From the NCBI GenBank assembly GCA_964016885.1, contig OZ024743.1, positions 280,116,001 to 280,180,000 on the forward strand: DNA of 64,000 nt, read 5' to 3'. Below the pieces are notes generated by a model. That model saw only the letters and a list, made by a program, of their open reading frames with translations, was not told where the DNA came from and did not search any database. This document shows, piece after piece, positions 55,950-64,000 of the stretch. Position 1 is the stretch's first letter; every line of letters starts with the position of its first letter. The translations under genes and the position numbers were made by a program. Source of the DNA: Eledone cirrhosa (Eukaryota).

Positions 55950-57365
55950 TTGTCTATGGTATGTGATCTTCAAGCGTCGTAATATTCTGCGATATCCCTT
56001 TTCACCTTCTGGAGGTACCAAAGCATGCTATCGACACTTGCAGCTTAATTCACCTGCACCGCAATACGAGAATGCTAATTGCAGCTGAACTCAAACAGTT
56101 TCGCATCTCGTTGCACATTCATTGTCCATAACAACCTCTATCTTGTTATCTTACCCAACTCACCGGGAAAACAACAAATAGAACTGGACTTGTCAGCATT
56201 TCCACCACTTCTGTGGATTCGCCCGAATTGTGGGACTGCAACCCACCTACAGATTCAGCTTGCTTTTTTTTTCTTATCAAAGCAACCAGCCATTTTTTCC
56301 TGGCTCCCTAGCACATTCGGCAACACATCTGGGAGGCCAACTTTTTCTCGCCTACCCATCATCTTCTTGCCAGCACTGGTAAACTACCATAATAGCTTCG
56401 TCCACAGCTACTTAACATTTAATGCAAGAACAGCAACTTCGCCCATGTCAGACTTTATCCGTTTTCTGTTAGACCTTTGGTGGTCACGTATAAACTACAA
56501 AACGGCTAGTGATTTGACAGCGGCTCAACACGGCCCGTAGCGCCTCATTTTTTTCTTGCATGCATCCTTCTGCTCAATTATCTTTTCACTGATATGCTCT
56601 TTCAGCATTTGTTCTTGCTGATTCAATAATCTGTATCGAATTCCGTCTAAAAGGGGGGGTATTGTAGTAACCTACAATCCGCGGGCTCACATACATTCTC
56701 TGTGCGTGATTTGGCTCAGCTCAGCCCATCAGCGCCAGGAGAAGAGGATGTATCCCTGCGCGTCCTGAGGGAGAGATTACCCGCGATGATTTGAAGAATC
56801 TCTCTCTTGCAGCTCGACCACGCTAAGGTAAAACACCACTTGTTCTTTTGCTCCGTAAGCACAACCAATATGTAACGACACAACAATTTTACTACGGACC
56901 TGGCCAAACGCCTCAGCCAGTCGACCGTATTTTCTCTTGTAATCTTAATTGAATTATTTCATTATTCTTGGCATGCCAACTTAATTCACTTCTTAACCTT
57001 TGTTAATAAATCATGTAAAAACAAGTTAAAGTCGTTGTCGATATTCCTTTCTACCAAAGATGGTTCCTCGTGGCAACATTACCACTTCTAAATATACCAC
57101 TAAAAAAATAAATCATACACAAAACGCCAGCACCAACAGTTTTGCAAGAGATGTCATCATGAATGTACCTGTTATTTTTATCTAAAGACATTTTTTCCAA
57201 TTCCAACCCACCCGTCGCCTCAATCTATCTTATTTCTCATTATTTCTTCTGATGAAGAACTAGCGTGGGAAACGTTAAGACCCTCTTCCTGCTATTTCAA
57301 GCGTTAACCTAATATATCTCTTCCATATACTGTACCGATTGTGTTGTTATTTCTGTTTACCTTTT
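55950..57365 (+). mobile_element. Highly degraded PLE (Neptune-like?) ending in an HHR-like motif at ~57245-57280
   Basis: Faint LNSF, I.YK.., ICS, VTY.P-like remnants; tctt CTGATGA agaactagcgtgg GAAA cg TT aaga. Confidence 0.4.
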
Positions 57366-57821
57366 ACATATATATATATTTCGAAAATATTCTTACATAT
57401 ATATATATATATATATATATATGCTCAAACCTCATGTTCTATAATAAATATTATTATAAAAATAATAACATTTACTTCAACTCAAACCCCGTACATAACC
57501 CATCGACTCACTAAACGGAGATTAAACCCTAAAGAAATAAACAACCGATTTAAATAATATAAATAACAAGCTATACAATATTATTTGATATTTTATTTGA
57601 CTTCCTTGTGTTTGTTTATTGTTTGAAAGGTTAAAATATTTCAAACATAATAATTATAGAATAGGCGATTGTTGTAACAGAAGACAGATAATCAGCTTAT
57701 ATTTCCCCACCTTCGCCATCGTAGACGTGACGTCTGGATTGTTTGAACAAGCAGTAAGTTAAATTCACCACCACCAGCAACCGCCGGCGTTAATTTTGTT
57801 TCTGTTTCTACCCACTCTCTC

Positions 57822-57855
<34 letters not shown>

Positions 57856-57857
57856 GC

Positions 57858-58023
<166 letters not shown>

Positions 58024-58354
58024 ACGCGCACGCTCGTGTGTGTAAATGTATGTCTGTGTAGATATAGACAAATGTGTGTGAAAAATATAATTTCGCAAAT
58101 ACAGAGATGCTTTTAGTTTTTGGCGTAAAGGTTGTTAGAAGAGGACTCAATAAACAGGAAAATAAATTCAGATTTATGGTAATAATTTGATAATAAATCA
58201 ATCTGTATGTGTACATATAGGCGCAAAAACAGCTCAGTTCCTCTGCACGGCACTCTCATCATGTGCCTTTCATTATAACCTCGAATTGACGAATAATTAG
58301 CGACTAGAATTGGCACACTGAGACTACAGAAGCCCATCGTGTTTATATATATAA

Positions 58355-58583
58355 AGGGTAAAGACCCCCCCCCCCCCTCTGTCACGAATTACCAACCCCT
58401 AGAATGTTTCCCTCCGAGGCAAGGTTGTTTAACCAGCAGTTTCCCATGCATACCAGCCTCCCCTCTCCATCGATGATGGCGCAACTCATTTCTACTGCTG
58501 AGTAAACTGGAGCAACGTAAAATACAGTGTCTTGCTCAAGGACACAACGCATCACCCGGTCCGAGAATCGAACTCATAACCGT

Positions 58584-58590
<7 letters not shown>
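58355..58590 (-). mobile_element. CORE-type tRNA SINE
   Basis: gagtaaactggagcaacgtaaaatacagtgtcttgctcaaggacacaacgc...gaatcgaactc. Confidence 0.75.
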
Positions 58591-58637
<47 letters not shown>

Positions 58638-58661
58638 ATAAAAATCAATACAATATAATTA

Positions 58662-58731
58662 CCTCATTACCAGAGGTTTCCCGAATGAGGCGAATACGAA
58701 ATAAACGACTTCATTCGTTCGTCAGACGAGG
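58662..58731 (-). ncRNA. Type I hammerhead, extended stem II
   Basis: Reverse complement of 60957-61026. Confidence 0.75.
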
Positions 58732-59504
58732 CAATATAAAACATGGGCAAATACTTAGAAAAACACATCAAGAAAATCAAAAAAAGATATAGATAAATGA
58801 AATAGAAATTGAAATATATAAAAATCTATCAAGAAGTATAGTTAGGTGTGTGTATATGTATGTATATACGCCCACAGATGTTCATATATGTATATGTGCA
58901 CATGTAAATGTATAGTGAGAAAGTGTGCGTAATTCTAAAATATGTATCTATATGTCTGTATTATACAGACAGAAATGGTTACATCGTAAATATATGAATA
59001 TGAAAATGAAAGCGCGCGCATAAAACGCCTGGACACTCGTACGCTTAGATGCGGAAAGAAAGGAGGTAAAGGGAGTGTAATAATTAAAAGAAAAGTATCA
59101 GTCTCGATATATTTATAAAAATATAATAACGATAAATTAGAAAGAAAAGATATTAGAAAGAAAAAATTAAAGAAAACAAAAAAGGGGGGTACATACATAC
59201 ACGGACACGCGTGTCTCACAAAAGAAATATAAAAATAATTATGCTTATATACACACGCGCACTTCCACTTCCATACGTTCGATACGTACATACACACACA
59301 CATACTTATACTCACGCATATAAACCTGTTTGCATGCCCTCGTATGAAACTGAGTAAGTAAAAAAAGAGGGAAGGGGGAGGGAGAAGAAAAAAGGAACAA
59401 AACATAAAACCGAGATGTCAAAAACACGGATATAAAGACACGTACACATACGCATAATATATACATACACACACACACAAACACCTGTACACACACATAT
59501 ACAT

Positions 59505-59551
<47 letters not shown>

Positions 59552-59947
59552 CATATACATACACGCACGCGCGCGCACATACGTAGTCACTCATGTACAT
59601 ATATAAAAAGTATACACACATTAAGGCGTTCAGCCATATTGAAATGTGGATAAATAAGTACAAATATAAAATTGTAAGATAGGCTGCGCAAAAATAAAAT
59701 AAAAATAAAAATGAAAAATATATCTGGATTGAAAAACACAAAAGACAAGTGTAATCAGTTAGTGGAGGAAAAAGGGAAGTAAAAGAAGGGGAAGTAAAAA
59801 ATAGAAAATAGGAAGGGGATCGGAGAATAAGGGGGGGGGGGGATGTGAAGTAAAATTATATATAAAAGTGAAAATAAATGAAATTATTGACAAGGATAAA
59901 AATGAAAGTAAGTCAGAAAGGGTAATTAAAAAGAGAATAATAAGAGT

Positions 59948-60154
59948 TTATGGAGGATAAGTATCTGAAAGTGTGTTAAGTTTATATGAGCTGGAAAGCA
60001 GGTGTGATTTCATGTGTGGGCAACTGGTGAAAATTTCCGTCTTTGTGTTCAGGCAGGTCTTTGGTGATTTAAGATTTTGCAATATCCAATATTTTTCATT
60101 TATGCAGAGCGTGCATTTTCTTGTTCCTCTAGCATAATTTTTAGATTGGTTTAG
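59948..60154 (-). pseudogene. C-terminus of Hydra-type PLE protein (absent from the ORF track)
   Basis: NYARGTRKCTLCINEKYWI...CLNTKTEIFTSCPHMKSHLLS...PP*. Confidence 0.8.
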
Positions 60155-60956
60155 TGTGTATGTATATGTGTGTGTACAGGTGTATGTATATGTGTGTGTA
60201 CAGGTGTTTGTGTGTGTGTGTATGTATATATTATGCGTATGTGTACGTGTCTTTTTATCCGTGTTTTTGACATCTCGGTTTTATGTTTTGTTCCTTTTTT
60301 CTTCCCCCCCCCTTCCCTCTTTCTTTACTTACTCAGTTTCATACGAGGGCATGCAAACAGGTTTATATGCGTGAGTATAAGTATGTGTGTGTGTATGTAC
60401 GTATCGAACGTATGGAAGTGTAAGTGCGCGTGTGTATATAAGCATAATTATTTTTATATTTCTTTTGTGAGACACGCGTGTCCGTGTAAGTATGTACCCC
60501 CCTTTTTTTGTTTTCTTTAATTTTTTCTTTCTAATATCTTTTCTTTCTAATTTATCGTTATTATATTTTTTATAAATATATCGAGACTGATACTTTTCTT
60601 TTAATTATTACACTCCCTTTACCTCCTTTCTTTCCGCATCTAAGCGTACGAGTGTCCAGGCGTTTTATGCGCGCGCTTTCATTTTCATATTCATATATTT
60701 ACGATGTAACCATTTCTGTCTGTATAATACAGACATATAGATACATATTTTAGAATTACGCACACTTTCTCACTATACATTTACATGTGCACATATACAT
60801 ATATGCACATCTGTGGGCGTATATACATACATATACACACACCTAACTATACTTCTTGATAGATTTTTATATATTTCAATTTCTATTTCATTTATCTATA
60901 TCTTTTTTTGATTTTCTTGGTGTGTTTTTCTAAGTATTTGCCCATGTTTTATATTG

Positions 60957-61026
60957 CCTCGTCTGACGAACGAATGAAGTCGTTTATTTCGTATTCGCCT
61001 CATTCGGGAAACCTCTGGTAATGAGG
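60957..61026 (+). ncRNA. Type I hammerhead, extended stem II
   Basis: cctcgt CTGACGA a cgaatga...tcattcg g GAAA cctctgg TA atgagg. Confidence 0.78.
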
Positions 61027-61130
61027 TAATTATATTGTATTGATTTTTATACATTAAATTTTGCTCTGATACTTACATAGAGCACTCTTCATTTCTATGA
61101 CCTTTTCTGTTTCCAACGGAAATTTCAATA

Positions 61131-61161
<31 letters not shown>

Positions 61162-61167
<6 letters not shown>

Positions 61168-61290
61168 CCGTCGAAATTGGTTGAGATCTGCTGTCGGGGT
61201 TAAACATTTTCCTATTACCCACTCTACTACTCTAAGTATTGAGTACTCTTGTGTGTTATGGTCCACTGGTTCCTTACCACACTTCCTTCG

Positions 61291-61293
<3 letters not shown>
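61162..61293 (+). mobile_element. Family C short fragment
   Basis: aaatagccgtcgaaa...ctgtcggggt...gagtactc...ggttccttaccacacttccttcgtt. Confidence 0.8.
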
Positions 61294-61323
<30 letters not shown>

Positions 61324-61330
61324 AAAGTAT

Positions 61331-61395
<65 letters not shown>

Positions 61396-61400
<5 letters not shown>

Positions 61401-62350
61401 AAAAAGAGATGAAATCGAAAATGCAACTGGAGTCTTATTTTTTTTTTAAATATATATATTTATTTGGTTCCTTTACCGGTTTCGCAGTTCTTCTACTTTT
61501 CAAAAGGTGAGTTGAGATGGAGGGTCTGTGGTTTTTCTCACATCTGGTTGGTCTTTGAATGTTACTTGTTTTATATGGAAAAAGTGGCTAGAAATGCCAG
61601 GTTTTTCGAGAAGTAATTTGATTGGTTTGTCAATAATTATAATAAATTTCGCGCCAGTTCGCGTTACAATAGTTCTTCAAATAAGAGGTGTGGTTGTCAC
61701 AGGTTGTTTTTTCATATATGAGTGTTTGAATTTTTTTTACTTGAAAAAACTAACCATATTCACTGAACCAGAACAATTCTCCCATCCCTTTCTCTTGACC
61801 ATTATCTTTCACTTATCATAAAATTCTCTAAAAAGGCTACAGAATGGATTTCCAAATAAGGGCACGAAAATTTAATGAAAACTTGTTCACGTGACAGCCA
61901 TAATTTCATTTATAACCAACCCCCAAAAAGCCTTCGTGAGCCCCTTTTTTCAAGTAAAAAGAAATTCAAACACTCATATATGAAAAAACAACCTGTGGCA
62001 ACCCCCCCCCCCCCCCCTCTTATTTGAAGAACTATTGTAACGCGAACTGGCGCGAAATTTATTATAATTATTGACAAACCAATCAAATTACTTCTCGAAA
62101 AACCTGGCATTTCGAGCCACTTTTTCCATATAAAACAAGTAACATTCAAAGACCATGTGAGAAAAACCACAGAGCCTCCATCTCAACTCACCTTTTGAAA
62201 AGCAGAAGAACTGCGAAACCGGTAAAGGAACCAAATAAATATATATATTTTAAAAAAAAATAAGACTCCAGTTGCATTTTCTTTATACTTTCACTCGTGT
62301 AGGACACCTCGGTTATTTTTCATTTTGTAAAAAAAACCTCACTTTCTAAT
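61396..62350. mobile_element. Family D fold-back element with longer arms; HHRs at 61470-61507 (-) and 62191-62228 (+)
   Basis: 61396-61748 inverted at ~61945-62288; same tail as 39818-39883. Confidence 0.9.
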
Positions 62351-62971
62351 ATATATATATATATGCCGGGTTGCGTTATATCCCCTATGTACCTTTGCTG
62401 CTTGTCGTTTTAAAGGATATCTTCCCCGGTAAAGCACGAGTTAGCCTTGTGTTCCCCCGTGATATGCTTTATGGTGTTCATTTTGAGACAATTATTTGCA
62501 GCCAAATGCCCTACGAGGCACAATGATAGGGTGTATCTATACCAATCTTGACACATATTGTATCTACTAACACACAGTATATGTGTTGGTAGAGCATTGG
62601 GATAAAATACACTGATGTATTTGGTATATGGATCAAATCCCAACCAATTATATTTTGATTTGCAATATAATAAATACTTTTTAAGAATATTAGTTCGATA
62701 TAATCGATCATATTTTTCAAAGGCGGTGACCAAGCATGAATACTGCGTACCGACTGAATCCCGAATAACCGAATAAACAAATAAACGAATTATATGAAAT
62801 TAAGGAATACATTGTTTCTCTGTCAAAGCTGAGCCTCGTTACATTTCATAACAAAGCTGAAACAATCAAAGAGAATTAATAATAATTCAATCACAATAAT
62901 ACACTGTATATATATATATATATACATATATATAATCTCTCTATATATATATATGTGTGTGTGTGTAAGTA

Positions 62972-63034
<63 letters not shown>

Positions 63035-63689
63035 CAATCTATGACTCCCTATCTCAATCATGTTCCCCCAATAACAAATTCATTTTCAAATAACAAAGAC
63101 CTGCGTTCTAAAGCTACATGGGTCCGTGTAAATAAATCTTTCTCCTGAATTACACACACATTTAATATGAATGGCATTTATAATAAACATTTATGTAATC
63201 ACATCCTATATCCACCAATCATAGTATATATAGCATACCAATCCTAAACTCCAAAATTGATATATATATATTCAAAGCTATTGTCGTTATTATTTACAGC
63301 ATGGGTCCACTTGTATGGAGAATATAACTGATTGGCTATAAGTAGTATGTATGGCCGCAACGGGGGTAAAAAAGGGAGATTTTGCTTACGTTGTTTTCAT
63401 AATATTTTGCTATAGATAAAAGCTATGGGAAAAGGTGTTGGCTTTGAAACATTTAATATATTATAAAGTAACACGACTATCTTGGTGTTCTATCAGATCA
63501 ACCAATTATGTGTGAAGACTGCCAGAACCCATAATTGTCGCTCTTATTTCAAATCAGATCTTGATTGGTTTCAATTGATGGCTGTATCTTCAATAGAGAT
63601 TAGGATTTTGATCTTAAAATTACACGCCTGCTCCTCAGACACACACAGATACATACGCACGAAAACGCACACACAAACATATGAGCACG

Positions 63690-63880
63690 AAAACATTCAG
63701 TCATCTATGTATTGTTGTGACCAACAACTCAGGCCTTGTATTAACAATTACATCCATTCCTTACTGTCCAGAACATCGGTTCTCTGGAATTCCCTCCCAG
63801 TTCATCTCTTTCTTCTCGGGCATCAACTTACAAGACTTTAGACAGAAAATCAGCAGCATAATCTCACCAGGCTTGCAGGG
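63690..63880 (+). mobile_element. Old CR1/L2/Jockey-group LINE 3' fragment
   Basis: HS..SRTSVLWNSLP...NLQDFRQKI. Confidence 0.55.
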
Positions 63881-64000
63881 CCTGCTAAATCCACGGAAAC
63901 TGCTCCTGGTATCAGAATGGTAAGAAGTTCAATTCTTCATGGCGGTCGCTGGCTAATTTTTTTAGGGATTCTACCTCATTTTCTAAGCTACTATTTACAG

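Larger units (their letters stand above)
58630..61132. mobile_element. Hydra-type PLE inverted insertion: minus arm 58630-60154, plus arm 60155-61055 plus ~75-nt tail
   Basis: ~880-bp near-identical inverted arms; spacer encodes a GIY-YIG C-terminal extension. Confidence 0.9.

Noticed and set aside
62410-62780. ORFs with FTGEDIL reminiscent of Helitron helicase
   Set aside because: No other helicase motifs or termini found

Overview
AT-rich, microsatellite-saturated animal genomic DNA. The SINE/LINE/microsatellite mix looks like an octopus/cephalopod genome, which is my inference from repeat style only. I found no confident host protein-coding gene, only weak candidate exons, and nearly all long ORFs in the track are simple-repeat artefacts. 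The window is a retroelement graveyard. It holds a Gag/zinc-knuckle non-LTR ORF1 element, an R4/Dong-type 3' end, a near full-length decayed CR1-type LINE, RTE and Tx1/L1 fragments, a non-autonomous Helitron, many tRNA-derived SINEs, and above all many Penelope-like elements (PLEs; RT + GIY-YIG) and their non-coding derivatives. The strongest hidden signal is RNA-level. About 25 minimal type I hammerhead ribozyme (HHR) motifs from roughly ten repeat families can be read by eye, with palindromic stem III, some with U3-A8 core swaps and some with long stem II. Most lie in asymmetric head-to-head palindromic insertions inside (TA)n tracts. Highlights are a non-coding ~460-bp tandem HHR unit resembling a retrozyme, with one relative ending at the predicted cleavage site, and a head-to-head fusion of two different PLE families. 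All alignments and folds were done by eye, so boundaries are approximate.
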